A stretch of 64,000 bases of DNA from positions 2,108,001 to 2,172,000 of the forward strand of contig NW_025963957.1 of NCBI RefSeq assembly GCF_023055435.1, in the 5' to 3' direction. The DNA is from Haliotis rufescens. Lineage: Eukaryota. The notes below the pieces were generated by a model that had not been told where the DNA came from, searched no databases, and saw nothing but the letters and a program-made list of their open reading frames with translations. Position 1 is the first letter of the stretch. Each line of letters opens with the position of its first letter. The position numbers and the translations under genes are program-made. Below are positions 1 to 13,905 of the stretch, one piece after another.

Positions 1-424
1 AATCAAGCGTGTAGGGCATGCAGGATTTATCCATTAGGTTCCATAAACCTCCTACTCCCAGCTGTCGTAATTAAATGTTTTGTAAACACAATGTGTGCTC
101 TGAGCATGTATACCGGATGATGTTTAAACTAATGACCACTCAACCTGCGTGTGCTAAATGATATATCCACACACGTATAACATGTATATGTGTTAAAAGG
201 CTTATCAGCAGGTCTTATCGTTTCTGGTCAATAAAATCTTTACCGTTATATTGGCACACCATTCAATGTTTATGTGCTTTGGCTGTAGCTCCTTGGTACG
301 TATATGCCATATTTTCTCGGTTGAAGTATACGTACTCCGCCATCACACTACACTGAGTAAGTAGCTCTCTGCTTAATGGTATGCCTTACTTGACTAACGC
401 CCCTTGTGGATTCCATGTCAGAGT

Positions 425-593
425 GAGTGGCGGTCGGGTAGCCCAGTGATTAAAGCGTTCGCTCGTCACGCCGATGATCCGGGTTCGATTCCCGACATGG
501 GTACAATGTGTGAAGCCCATTTCTTGTGTCCACCGCCATGGTATTACTGAAATATTGCTAAAAGCGGTGTAAAATCATACTCTCTCACTCACA
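425..593 (+). mobile_element. SINE family A (tRNA-Asp-like head, (ACTC)n tail)
   Basis: A box tagcccagtga, B box ggttcgattcc, 11-bp TSD catgtcagagt (414-424, 594-604). Other copies on minus at ~31066-31226, 41380-41527, 48160-48314, 50245-50394, 60280-60436. Confidence 0.85.
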
Positions 594-955
594 CATGTCA
601 GAGTAGGTCCCAGCAACTAAATGGATCGGGTGGTCAGGCATGGTGACTTAGTTTATTGCGTGTCATCGTATCCTTATAACGTTGAACGTTGCACATAATA
701 CCAATCACTGATTTATCTGGTCGGGATTATATTCTTTTAAGTCAGCCGTCCTACCTGGCATGGACTATTGCTGAGTACGACGGTTAAAAAAACGAGCAAA
801 TAGACGGGCTTGATTTGCCTGTTTGGTTAACTTCCTGAAGGGACATTTCAAGCAATAATAGACTTATACATTGCTTGATGTATAGAGTGGTAGGGTCTTG
901 TTGGTTTTCAGCCCGAAAAAGCTGCATCTAATCCTGTCCATCAAGAGGGCCTTTC

Positions 956-1055
956 AGAGTGAACGAGTGAGTATGGTTTACCCATGTCGGTTATCGAACC
1001 CGGGTCTTCGGCGTGACGAGCGAACGCTTTAACCACTAGGCTACCCGACCACCCC
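956..1055 (-). mobile_element. Short SINE A variant lacking the body
   Basis: tRNA head joined directly to the tail. 10-bp TSD agggcctttc (946-955, 1056-1065). Confidence 0.75.
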
Positions 1056-2399
1056 AGGGCCTTTCGGAATGCATGGTTCCATCCTTGCATTTCATTTTCC
1101 TATGAAAGGATTATCTCATCAGGATTATCATCTCAAGATCTGAACAGTAAAATCAGACTTTCTGGACCCCCGCATCACTTCAATTATATGGTAATTAGGT
1201 CTAAAGTTGTTGTTGCTCCGATTACGCATCGACACATAGAACATCAGTAAAATTATTTTTCATTGAGTGCATACCAATTATGAATCGAATCGGTTTTAAG
1301 GTTGTATTTTGAAAATAATGTTTGTTAAAAAGTTAGTTTGTCAACCAATCGACACACATGGATTTGAAATCCATGTAATCGGATTGACAACATGAAGTCA
1401 TTCATATCTGTTAAGCCTCAGGATTTGTTCAGTTCACCGATTCTTCAAACAGTTACCTAACACGAATGTTTAGTGATGACGACCAGTATCTAAGTGCTGA
1501 AGCATTAGATCATTATCGATATCGTAGCGTTAGATCATGTATCGATATCTCAGCGTTGGATAAATTATCGATATCGCATCGCGTACACTGTACGTCAAAA
1601 AAGGACAATTTTCCGTATGAAAATAAAATGTAAAATTGTAGTCTATCACATTATTACGGCATTAAACAGTAACAGTAATGTTAATGTCTTTAACATACCA
1701 TTGATCCCATACCATATACATACCATTGATTCAAGTTACAACTTTTGATGTATGGAAAATCTTAAAGCGATCTTACTATCGCGATACATTTCGTATCGTG
1801 ACAAAATGTATCCTACAGCCCTATACAAAATCCTTCATTACAATTCCATGTAATGGTGTTAACAAAACGTGCTCGGCGTACTCAATAATGTACTCATTAA
1901 CGTCAATTTGAACTATTCAGCTGAATTCGTGCTGAAAAGAAAAGCTGCTTGAAGTTATCCGTCACAACTAACCACAAGTTAATGCGGATAAATCTATCAC
2001 CGTCAAATCCCCTATGATTAGGAATTAGTAACCTACCTGTGGTACACGTCTTAACGCTGATACACATATCAGATTAATCAGAAATAAAGCACTAAGCTAC
2101 TCAGATAATGTCTTGGCTTCCGACCCAAATCTGTTGATATGACATGTGTGTGGACGGGGTTAGTGACTGTGGATCAAAGTTTGACAGAAAGGGGTTTAGA
2201 ACCTGGTTATCTGGCGAGTAAATGGACTCTGGAAACTGGAAACTGGAAATTGTGATTTATGTACAGAGTACGTGAATGTTCTTAATATTTTTTTCCATTT
2301 TTACTCCATAGCGATACATCACTGAGCTTGGGTCAAAAGTTAATAACATGATCAACGATCCACACAATGAGATCGAAATACCAATACACCCCGCTACAT

Positions 2400-2543
2400 C
2401 AGGGTGATCCAGATATGGAGTCAAGGTGGTCCGGACCACCCCATTTTGAAAACCACATGTAGTATGTTGTAGGCAGTAAAATTGACAGAGAGAGGATTTT
2501 GATATTTCGGACCCCTCCCTTTAAAAATGGTAGATTCGCCCTT
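2400..2543. mobile_element. Degenerate short MITE
   Basis: cagggtgatcca ... tagattcgcccttg imperfect termini with internal (t)ccggacc motifs. Confidence 0.35.
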
Positions 2544-3698
2544 GTACAGTGTTAAAACCTGTTTATTGACTGTGTTTTATAATTATCGAAAATAGCCCCC
2601 ACACAAACAAACCGATACAACTGAAACACGTTTCCAGTGAAATAAATGTTTATACAAAGACGGGAGATAAATATAAGCGTCAACATCTTGTCCATAATCT
2701 CAGAAATCTCTGCTAAAGCAGTGTCGACTAACCATTTGGACAAATTCATGCACATGCGTTAATGAATCACTATCAAATGGTTATCCTACCAGGTGTTTGC
2801 GAAAGGTGACCACTTGTCAGAACTACCAATTACCACAGTTCTGAAATAATTCATCAAAAATCCATTTTGACCAATGAGTCAAACTGAATATGAAACCGTT
2901 TACGATGAACAAATGCTGTTGACGTATTCAAATTCATCACCTGAGGTTAACTTCAACTGTTTGAATCAGCCTTCACGCCATGTCGTGAAATGAGAATCAG
3001 TTGTCTCTTTGTCAACCAAATGCAAATATCATGTTTTCAAAATAAACAAATAGAACAACCCTATCGTTTGCATATACACACCTCTCGTATTGCTCCCTGT
3101 TTATACTACTAATGCCCTGACATAATCAGTGAAAAATATACTTACAACAGACCAACGAGTCAACCCGTCTCATGTCCGGGTGTAAAAGCAGACGACATTT
3201 CTGTTGAGAATATGCTCGCGTATTTCCAACCCGTCAAACCACTACCGCGATAAACAATCTTACTCTGCTCCACGAAACGGGCGACAGGCATCAACACTGG
3301 CCGATCTTCCGCCCGACTGGTCGTCAATAAATGCCGGATCAAGTCAACCCCACATGGCCGTAACGAGCAGGCCCGGCAACGACAAGGGGGGTAACTCGTA
3401 CTGACAACAATGTCGTAATGAAGGTTGTGTGAAGTTATGCATCGGCATGATCGATACAAGCACTCTGTTGAATGGGGTTGTTTTTATTTGTGATTTTATG
3501 GATTAAGTGGGTCTATTGTTAGGGGAGAGTATTGAGATTTGTTTGAGTGCTCAATCTAGTGCGTTTCTGCCTTTCTACTTAAGAAATCTATTAATGTTGT
3601 GATTAAACAGCATTCAGTCTTCACCAATTACATCGTCATTAAAGGGACACCCCTGACTACATCATATGGCTGTATTAAGCTACAGTAATTTAAAAATA

Positions 3699-3740
<42 letters not shown>
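3699..3740. repeat. (GAT)n microsatellite
   Basis: Direct. Confidence 0.95.
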
Positions 3741-3741
<1 letters not shown>

Positions 3742-4472
3742 GTGCCCTCTGTCAATTATAAGCCCATGCTATATCACCGGTATACGACTGGAATATTGTT
3801 AAAAGCGGCGTAAAACCTTACTCTCTCCCATATCTACGTAGCGTCTTCCGAGCCAAGCGTTGTGTGTTATTCACTTGGTGAAGTAAACATCACAACTGAC
3901 ACTGTGAGTGTATGTTATGTTACGCCGCAATCAGAAATAGTCCAGCTATATCGCAACGGTATGTTAACAATGACGTCTAAACCAGTGGTTGATATCATGA
4001 GTGACGATCTACACCCTCGTGTCGGGGTAACGCACAGTCAGCCATGTCAGACATTGCAGCCACCCAATCCCCATAACCACGGGATCCATTTAACCCGCGT
4101 TCTCCACGGGGATCACACCCCTTTAAGATCCACGCAGTTTCCGCTGCAAGCTGTGACCTCTGTAAGGTCACACCGACCTCATCACAAATCCTAATCACAT
4201 TGTGTTATATTAAGGCCTTTATTTATGCATCATGTAATTTTATACATGGGAACATTCAAACACCCGATAATCACGATATGAATGGGCGGTTATATAAAAT
4301 GTTTGCGGGTAGGTAACTGTATATCCTTTTATTATCGCAGGGGACATTGCAAGATATGTCTAAAACTTACTGTACTACTGGTTAAGTGATTGTGAACCTT
4401 CCTACGCCTCACAGGCAGCTTAGGTTGTATACTCCCCAGGGAGCTGAGAATGAACACTCATCCATTGACCGG

Positions 4473-4474
<2 letters not shown>

Positions 4475-4511
<37 letters not shown>
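4475..4511. repeat. (TAA)n microsatellite
   Basis: Direct. Confidence 0.95.
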
Positions 4512-4512
<1 letters not shown>

Positions 4513-6049
4513 TAGCGCCATAAGCATGCACTTGGTGAATGGCGCATAATAATGGACTTATTTATTATTAGTATATTATTACTATTATCATTATTATTAT
4601 TGTGAGTAGTAGTAGTAGTATTTGTAGTAGTAGTGGTAGTAGTATGTAGAGAGAATATCGCTGTCTGCGGCATACAACTACATTCATTTACATCCACAAG
4701 GGGCGGTCGTATAGCGGAATTATACCCCAATAGTTGATAGAAAATGAGCCTTATGTCAGTGACATAAAAACGGAAGGAATCCAACACCCTTCTGCTGTAT
4801 CCGTCTCTCCCGTACAAACCTCTCGTTCCAAACATTCATACACTTACTCAGTGAGATAATAAATGTGTTTTCACAATGCGAGTGAGTTGGGTTTAACGCC
4901 ACTTTTAACAGCAATCAGCTTAATGTGTGAGGAAAGCCCGAAGTGATGCAGGTCTCAGACGTTTAACCCACGAGCACGGGTATGGTGCTTGCAAACCTAG
5001 AAACATAATCGGGGCGAGCCGGGATTCGAACCCATAATCATAGGTTTCTGGCGTGCCCAAGGAGACGCAACTCTGCACAGCGAATCGCGGCGCCTTAGAC
5101 GACTGGGCCACCCGTCCTATTTTAATGTTGTCATAATATTGTAGGGCGGTTATTTCATGTTTATTGAAAATGAGCATGCATTGTGTATATTGGTGCAATG
5201 TAGTCCCTATAATGGAATTGACAATTGAGTTCATTGGATAATGATAAAGAACAATGCCAATTTTGAATCTACATCTCTTTCAAAGCCTGAGTGAAACCAT
5301 CTATGGAATGATCTGATATATTACTACATGAATAAATGTTCAGCGCAGTCCGAATCACCATCAGCCATCATCTGTGCTTCGTACATTTATACTACGATCG
5401 TGCGGACATACGCCTTGTATTATCAACACTAAGCAAGGTCAGACTATTTTTGAACCACGGGAAAAGTTATAAGTTAGCGCTTTCGTAAACTGATTATTCG
5501 TGATACGAGATGAATTGTAAGAAAGAATATCGCTTTATTAACGAATATAGAATTACACATTCTAAGGAATAGGTAATACTTGGTCTTCGACACGTTGTGC
5601 ACTGTGATCAAATGTTTCCGATTGTTTGGTGACATGTCACGTTTCGATGACTTGTAAAGGATATCATATACGCCCTTCAAGGTCTGTTTGTTTGTTGTTT
5701 AACGCCGCAATCAGCAATATTTCAGCTATATGACGGCGGTCTGTAAATAATCGAATGCAGTGACTGACATCATGAGCACGATGACATGCATGAACCAAGT
5801 CAGCGAGCCTGACCACCCGATCCCGTTAGTCGTCTCAACAACAGATACAACACGAGGTTGAAGCTCGAGAACGGCTGATTCACAGTCACATCGACGGCGC
5901 TAACATGTCTATATACTGATGGAAGGAAGTATGGCAACGCTTGGCAATGAGCTAGATTATCCTAGATTGGCAATGAAGTGCACTGTAAGGAGACTGGCAG
6001 TTCGCTAACATTGTTCGGTAATATTGCCCATGCTTTCACGTCGTTTTCT

Positions 6050-6860
6050 TCGACACCGCGCATACCGTAGACTCCAAAACGACACCCCGTATTCTGTGGG
6101 CTCCAATACGACACCCCGTATACTGTAGGCTTTTTATACGACACCCCGTATACTGTAGGCTTTTTATACGACACCCCGTATACTGTAGGCTTCAATACGA
6201 CACCCTGTATACTGTAGGTTCCAATACGACACCTACGTTGAATGTAGGCTGCAATACGACACCCCCGTATACTCCTGGCTCCAATACGACACCCACGTAT
6301 ACTGTAGGCTCCAAAACGACACCCCGTATACTGTAGGCTTAAATACGACACGTCATATACTGCTGGCTCCAATACGACACCCACGTATACTGTAGGCTCA
6401 AATACGACACCCCGTATACTGTAGGCGCCAATACGACATCCCGTAAACTGTAGGCTCCAATACGACACGTCATATACTGCTGACTACAATACGACACCCA
6501 TGTATACTGTTGGTTCCAATACGACACCCCTACTATACTGTAGGCTCCAATACGACACCCCGTATACTGTAGGCTTCAAAACGACACCCCGTATACTGTA
6601 AGCTTCAATACGACACCCCTACTATACTGTAGGCTCCAATACGACACCCCGTATACTGTAGGCTTCAAAACGACACCCCGTATACTGTAGGCTTCAATAC
6701 GACACCCCTACTATACTGTAGGCTCCAATACGACACCCCGTATACTGTAGGCTTCAAAACGACACCCCGTATACTGTAGGCTTCAATACGACACCCCTAC
6801 TATACTGTAGGCTCCAATACGACACCCCGTATACTGTAGGCTCCATTACGACCCCGCCCC
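6050..6860. repeat. 30-31-bp minisatellite (ccccgtatactgtaggctccaatacgacac), ~26 copies
   Basis: Direct tandem repetition visible. Confidence 0.95.
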
Positions 6861-8505
6861 TCTATACTGTCCGCCCCCAGGTCGGACTACACAGTACTTC
6901 AAGTTGTGAATTTCAGGAATGGCAGTAACAGTTTCAGTGATGTTTATCCAACACTTGCGTTTTGATAAGAGGGCAGTTAAGCTAGACACTAGAAACCATC
7001 CACGGGAAGGTAGGTAAAGGTTTAATGTCTCTGGCATTATTGCCACCGCATATTTGCCGAAATCATATATCAGTAGTGTTTACATGCTCTAGTGACGCTG
7101 TCGTTTATGTCCATGCCCTCGCCGACATATATGGATGTTCTATAAATCTCCCAGTGGTGAGTTGAAGACGCATCAATTCGTGGTGCAGAGTTGGGTCCCT
7201 TAGCAGTGCTAGGATCCAATGACCGAATGTTCGAATCCTAGATTCAGACTGATTACGACCTATGGTATGTCAGTACCATTTCTGTGCTCAAGGATTTCAA
7301 GTACTGCGACACGTGCCTCCACGCGAAGTTAACCCTGAAATAATAAAGTCATATTGGTGAAAACAAATGACAAATGTCATGTGGTGTGTTCCAAATTCAT
7401 TACAAATGAAATGCGATACAGTTAAAAAGTTTCGAATGTTTTTAGGTTGCTGTTTTATTTCTTAAATTTACGCGTGAATCGAGCGCCTAAACGTTCTATG
7501 TGTTTATTTCTAATTATGAAACATTTATAACAGGGTTTGTTGCGATAAATGTACACTCGTTTCCTATTATCTTTTATTTTTTATCGAATGCTGAGATGTC
7601 GCCTTTATTTGTTATAAGAGAATACCGAGAGTTCATTCTGTCATGACTCTAGTGATTTGACGGCCGCTTCTAAAGATTAGTGAGTGTAAATATTTTTAGT
7701 TTCCGATGGATTAGTCTGAGTGACTGAGGTTGGGGATTTTACGTGCGCTTTCAGACTGCAAGCGTATGTCGCACACGGAGATCAGTCAATGATGGATGTT
7801 TTCCTGAAACGTTAAACGTTGATAGTTTGTATTTCATTTATTAGACCAAGTGTATTAGGCCAGAGCTATAAGTGACCAGCAGAAGTAGACCACACAAACA
7901 GTTTGAGGAACCGAGTATGACATTTATCTGTGTTTTGTAAGGTCCTGTACTGTTAAAGGTTTCCTAGGAACTATGAAGATTATTCTACCCAGTACACAAA
8001 TGTCAGAAGTGATACCCTATAAGTCGGGAAACCTCTGCTCTGGACGTTCATATTTGGGAAAATCTACAAAAATACAATGTTCATTACTCCAATACACGAT
8101 TTGTTAATCCAGATTTTTAAAACTCTAGATTGAACTGAGAACGGTGCCGCCTGGATTAACGAAGCCGCGCTGTATATTATGAAGCTGTAGGTCTGCCCGA
8201 AACACAAAAAGCTTTGAGGTTGAACTTGAAATGTATTTTATTTATTTCTCATAATTTCTTTGGTAGGAAGGCTAATGTTTTTGTCTTTCTATTTCTTGGT
8301 ATTTTATCTGCAGTGAAACAAACGGTACTGCTAAAATCAAATATATTTATATAAACGTAATTAAAAGTCTTGCATTACATTAATGATTGATTTACCTGTA
8401 TTGTCTATTATGGACTTTTATTAGTGGAAGTAAAAATCTGGACGCAGGTAGAAGTTGTACATGACTAGCTACATATCAGCTTCTTGCTAATTTGTGAATG
8501 TTGGG

Positions 8506-8513
8506 TCTCTCTC

Positions 8514-8576
<63 letters not shown>
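8506..8576. repeat. (CT)n microsatellite
   Basis: Direct. Confidence 0.95.
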
Positions 8577-8578
<2 letters not shown>

Positions 8579-8590
8579 TTCTTCTTTCTT

Positions 8591-8950
8591 ACCCGTGAAG
8601 ATCCCATGCTTGCCGTAAAAGGCGACTGTGCTGGTCGTACGAGGCGACTAATGGATCCCGTGCATCGCTGATACGTCAATCCGTGAAGATCTGGGGTAGA
8701 ATAGGTCTTCAGGTAATAGGCAACTATGCTTTTCGTAAGAGGCGTCGAATGGGATCAGGTGGTCAGTCTCGCTGACTTGGTTGATGCATGTCATCGTATC
8801 CACGTTGCGTGGATCGATGCTCATGATATCAATCACTGGATTGTCTGGTCCAGTCCCAATTATTTACATACCGCCGTCATATAGCTCGGATATTGCTGAG
8901 TACGGCGTTAAACAATAAATAAACAACAAATAAACAAACAATAAGCAAAC
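8591..8950 (+). mobile_element. SINE family D (acccgtgaagatc... aggcgactaa.gggatc.ggtggtcaggctcgctgacttggttga... tail (AAAC)n)
   Basis: Many dispersed copies: ~610-800(+), 5685-5835(-), 9290-9545(-), 21250-21450(-), 21460-21755(-), 24958-25145(-), 31420-31600(+). This copy has a duplicated head. Resembles an abundant Haliotis repeat as recalled from memory. Confidence 0.8.
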
Positions 8951-9994
8951 TTGCATTGGGAAGGAAGCAGCATCCGGGGTATGATGCTGAAAATTAATAG
9001 AAGCGCCAATAAAATATGAACGTTATGACTAAGACTTGCGACGTTGAGACAATCTTACGGCGTCTGAGGGAGTTAAAATCCCATGTCCCCTTTATGGTAG
9101 TTGTTCACCGACATTGCCGTCAGAGTTAGCCTTGTTTTGGTAACGCACGTGCCGGGTGGCACCGTTAGGGAAGGATATGATCACCTAATCATAACTATTG
9201 ATAATGATTCATAAATACAAATTATGCTTATGATGTAGTCGGCATCGCACAGAAGAAGATCGTACAATAAGATATTTCTAATGATAATGTTTGTTTGTTT
9301 GTTGTTTAACGCCGCACTCAGCTATATTCAAGTTATATGACGGCGGTCTGTAAATAATCGAGTTTGGACCAGACAATACAGTGACTGACATTATAAGCAT
9401 CGATCCACGCAATTGGGATACGATGACATGCATGAACCAAGTCAGCGAGCCTGACCGTCTGTCCCCTCTTGTGACAAGCCTAGTCGCCTTTTACGGCAAG
9501 CCTGGGCTGCTGAAGACCTGTTCGACCCGGGATCTTCACGGGTCGCTTATGATAATGGAAAGGGTTTTATTGCTTTATTGTAAATCCTCTCACTAAGTAC
9601 AACAGATTTCGAATACAACCCATTGGGTAGCATTTGTGTATATGTGTACGAGTAAGGGAGCGAGATTGGTTGAGGCCCGTTGGATGGGCATCAAGGGGTA
9701 AGTGAATGAGATTGAGGGGTAAGGGAAGGGTTGGTAAAATGTGAGATCTTTGGATGGAATGAAGGCGAGGGTTTTGTGGTATAAAGGAAGGGGATTGAGG
9801 GGATGGGTACTACCGGTAGGGCAGGGCAGGCCCTTTTAGCATATAACTGGTGTCATCACTGTCAGGATTTTCAGTGATTCATTCATATTATATTTACTGC
9901 TATTTTGCCTTTTACACCCAATGGTGCATGTATATAATTCGTCGTTTAATCAAGAATGATTATTCTCTGGCACTGACATTTTAATTAAATATTG

Positions 9995-10190
9995 GGGAGT
10001 GATATGGGAAAACGAAAAAGAGGACGGCCAAGAAACACTTGGCGACGGGACCTCGAGGCAGACAGCAAGAAGATGGGACACACCTGGAAACAACTAGAGA
10101 GGGCAGCCCAGGACCGAGGAATCTGGCGGACTGTTGTCGGCGGCCTATGCTTCGGGAGGAGCGATGGGCATAACTGACTGACTGAACTGA
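9995..10190 (+). mobile_element. 3' end of an RTE-clade LINE
   Basis: GKRKRGRPRNTWRRDLEAD...AAQDRGIWRTVVGGLC followed by an (ACTG)n tail. Confidence 0.8.
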
Positions 10191-10313
10191 TATGGGAGGG
10201 GAAATGAGGGAGGGAACCAGAGCATGACTATTCTCATAAGAACGAAAGTTTATGGATGTCAATTGTTGTACTTGTTGATGGATGTTACTGTATCATCTCC
10301 ATGTTAATGTCGA

Positions 10314-10424
10314 ATCAAGTCTTTGAAAGGCATTTTGAATTGATACACATAAGGAAGAGAATTTGACATCCATAAATTCTCTTCCTTTTGTGTATCACTT
10401 CTAACTGCCTTTCAAAGACTTGAT
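10314..10424. repeat. 111-bp fold-back inverted repeat
   Basis: 51-bp arms with 4 single mismatches and a 9-nt loop (gacatccat). Confidence 0.85.
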
Positions 10425-10574
10425 GATTATTCTCTTCCGAAAGAACCCATTACATCAGCTTATAAAAACACGGTACAATGGAACTATGTATTTTACTGAT
10501 TAGTTCTCCGCACATTTTCACTTTTGCTGACCTAACATACTCTGAGTCACCCACTGCGTGCATCATTACCCTGT

Positions 10575-11240
10575 GGCTGTTAATACAGAGAGATATAGTT
10601 AATTCGTTCTGTGTTGAGACAACGTAACCCTATGGTCAGGGCAGTTCATACATACAGAGAACTATCGTTAATTCGTTCTGAGTTGCGATATGGTAACTCT
10701 ATGGTCAGGGCAGTTCATATGGGTAAATATCGTCAATATGTTCTGTGTTGAGACAAAGTAACACTGTGGTCAGGGAAGTTAAAAAAGTGTTATATCGTTA
10801 ATTCGTTCTGTGTTGAGACAACGTAACTCTATGGTCAGGACAGTTCGTACAGAGAAATATCGTTAATTCGTTCTGTGTTGAGACAACGTAACTCTATGGT
10901 CAGGACAGTTCATACAGAGAAATATCGTTAATTTGTTCTGTGTTGAGACATGGTAACTCTATGGTCAGGGCAGGCCATACCGTGAAATATCGCTAATTTG
11001 TTCTGTGTTGAGACAACGTAACTAACTCAGTGGTCAGGGCATTTATTACGGTGAAATATGGTTAATTCGTTCCGTGTTGAGACAAGGTAACTAACTCAGT
11101 GGTCAGGGCAGTTCATATGGTGAAATATAGTTAATTCGTTCTGTGTTGTGACATGGTAACTCTATGGTCAGGGCAGTTCATATGGGGAAATATCGTTAAT
11201 TTAATCTGTGTTGAGACACGCTAACTCTATGGTCAGGTCA
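10575..11240. repeat. ~65-bp tandem repeat, ~10 copies
   Basis: aatatcgttaattcgttctgtgttgagacaacgtaactctatggtcagg recurs with period 65 (e.g. 10856, 10921). Confidence 0.95.
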
Positions 11241-12713
11241 TAATTCTTGTCCAGGGCATAATCCTTGTCGTTGATATGCACTTATATTGGCAACCTCGAA
11301 TTACGGACTGCTCGACGTACTTCCAGGTCTCTAGGGCCTGACGTTCGAATATCAGGTCATGTCATTGTCTGACGATAACTAAATAATTGACCAAATTCAG
11401 TCGACATGTACATTACAAACATTTTTATTGGAATTGGGACTGATCGATGTCTTCCCGATTATAAGTAGACACTGGCTGCTTACCCGTTTCGCAAACCTGG
11501 TGTAATCCTAGGCCTGGTTATCAGTGATCTAAGCATATAATTGTCATCCCTATTTTGCCTTTTGTGCCAAATGGAACCTGTTCGGCACATAGTCGAGACG
11601 TTGACGTTATATATTTAGTGTAGTTGTTAAAACATAACAGATATATAGTCAGTGTCATTAGTGAGGGTTCACACAGATAATATGCGATAAGTGTCTTCAG
11701 AAACGTCGCGTTTTCAACTTCCAAGAGTGCGGTTCATTTGCATGAATAATGACACAGTATATACCCACATTGACTGGTACTTGTCGTGCCCTGCACGTTC
11801 AAGGGCTAAACCACTGTTTTTTTAAGCTGTTTTCACAACCTTCAATCTTGCACGTGCCATTGCTTTTAAAAGTCATCCATTTTTCCAGTTTCATAAAATC
11901 AAATCCAACCACTGTGACATAGACATTAACAACATGATCTTCAACTGTTAATCACATTCTCAATATACTCAGACCTATTGACGCTTGCTAGCATATGTTC
12001 ATGTGTGACATTCTACAAACCTAGGCGACCCTTCAATAATGACGCAGAGTATAGATCTTACAAGCATATGTTATGTAATCATCGCGATATTGTTTTCTCA
12101 TGAATAAACATTCTGAGGATTGAAAGTCCTCGCAATCATTGAAATGGCCACCAATTAAAATAGCACTTGCACGACCGTACTCTTCTTTCAATGATAAATT
12201 GTTGACATAAATGAACATAAACACTTTGATAACACAATATCATCCACTCCCAAATCGCGCTTCACGCATCCAAAAAATAGTATTGTTCATCTGACGCTAC
12301 AGCAGAATGGACGTTTTTATCCAAACGTTTAAATTAAGAAAATACACCCATTTGACAAACATACTGTCTGTCAATATATAAACACCATGCACGTGCTGGG
12401 GGCCAGACCGCAGGTGTTGATCACAGCAACACTCTTGTCACACGTGCACATCCTTGAATGGATCCACCCGAGACGACTACATACTGAACATGTATATAAT
12501 AATGTAGCATGTTTGCTTGGAAATCTCGCTTGGTTTCGCCTTTAACATGTGTAAAAAGCACAAAGCATCTTCAGAATCTCTCGGTGGAGCTATTCTGTTA
12601 CGTTTAAAGTAATGTTTATGCTTAAAGTGCACTGAAAGGGTACCCATTTACCCTCACGGAGATCCAAGTTAAGATTGTGACATACCATATCACAATATTT
12701 ATTCAGTATCATG

Positions 12714-13063
12714 TGAGGTGAAATTGGGTTTAACGTCGCGTCCAAGATTATTGCACTTATATAGCGACGTGCATGCACGTGTATGTGTGTGTGTGGCTGC
12801 TTGTACTAGTCCGGACTGATGCCGATTTATAGTGCTAGCTCACTGAGATACCATGCCGCAGTTTAACATGAATTCCCCACTCAGACACAGTATACTGACT
12901 CCGAGCCGACCAGTCCTTGTTTTAGCCCCTTAATGCCGAGCGCCAGACAGGGTAACAACAAGCACAATCTTTTAACGTCTTTTTGTATGACGCGGCCCGG
13001 GATCGAACCCCGGACCTTCCGCTCTCCGGGCGGACGCTCTACCACAAGACCACGGAGGCGGTC
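12714..13063 (-). mobile_element. SINE family B (~350 bp, tRNA-derived, internal CA repeat, (CACCT)n tail)
   Basis: A box tggtcttgtgg, B box ggttcgatccc, 13-bp TSD attcagtatcatg. Other copies at ~15140-15490(-), 34205-34590(+), 42284-42622(+), 43340-43646(+), 51102-51442(+), 52147-52450(+), 62530-62880(+), 63570-63848(-). Confidence 0.88.
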
Positions 13064-13120
13064 ATTCAGTATCATGAATAATTATAAATTAAATTCACAT
13101 CGACATCATTAAATATAAAA

Positions 13121-13531
13121 TGTGACCAACCATGAGATAAGGGGCCTTGTTGGTGAAAAATCACATTTTGACTTCTTAATATATTTTCAAAGTGCAGTAT
13201 CGTAGCACCACAGAATTACAATTCATAACCTTCAATTAATATTTATAATTTACATAGCATCAAACAGTTGGCCTCATTTTCTGCGAGGTCCCCTTTTCAG
13301 ACGTAAAACTGTTTATGTAAAGATTGCAGTAGACATATGAGCTGAAACGTTTTGAAATAATGTTTTTATGACATTATGAACTAACAGGTAAAAAATAAGA
13401 CATGTTTGTACAGTCGTCACACATGGCGATGTTTTACGGAAGTAAGTTGACGTCAAACATCTTTCTTTATGACGTCGCATCATAATTGTATCCTGGTGCC
13501 TATGAGGTTCCTTTTCTCCTGGTGGGTCACA
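13121..13531. mobile_element. ~410-bp non-autonomous DNA element with TGTGAC termini
   Basis: tgtgaccaaccatgagataaggggcct vs reverse complement of the right end, tgtgacccaccaggagaaaaggaacct. Confidence 0.55.
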
Positions 13532-13905
13532 TATCTTATCTGACAATTCCGATTTTTTAAGCTTACAACAAACTCATTTCAGAATTTTTGTCATTTTCAT
13601 GTTAATATCTATGTCACGTCTTGATCAGCAATCGATAAAACTCACACATGTTTTTAACATGTTCTAAATACCAATGTATTCACTGTTCGAACTTTGGGAT
13701 GATAGCACACTTGAAACATTTGAAGGTGAGTCAGGGCAAGTGTAAGGTGTGATGGTTACGTTCAACATCACACTGTTTATTCAAAATTATAATGCTTCCA
13801 CGCTCGTTTCTGATTCATGAAAAATAACTGACTTCTTCTTTGGCAGAATTAGCGCATCTTTAAAAAATCAGAGATCACACTGCCAGGACCGTTGACGTCA
13901 AAAGA

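Noticed and set aside
425-500. tRNA-like sequences at SINE heads
   Set aside because: Acceptor stems are incomplete and each continues into a SINE body with a tail and TSDs, so they are not functional tRNA genes.
4154-4170. TGACCT-ctgta-AGGTCA everted nuclear-receptor half-sites
   Set aside because: Single occurrence with non-canonical spacing and no linked gene identified.
6050-6860. CRISPR-like regular ~30-bp repeats (also 10575-11240, 27015-27430)
   Set aside because: Units are contiguous with no unique spacers, there are no cas genes, and the context is eukaryotic.
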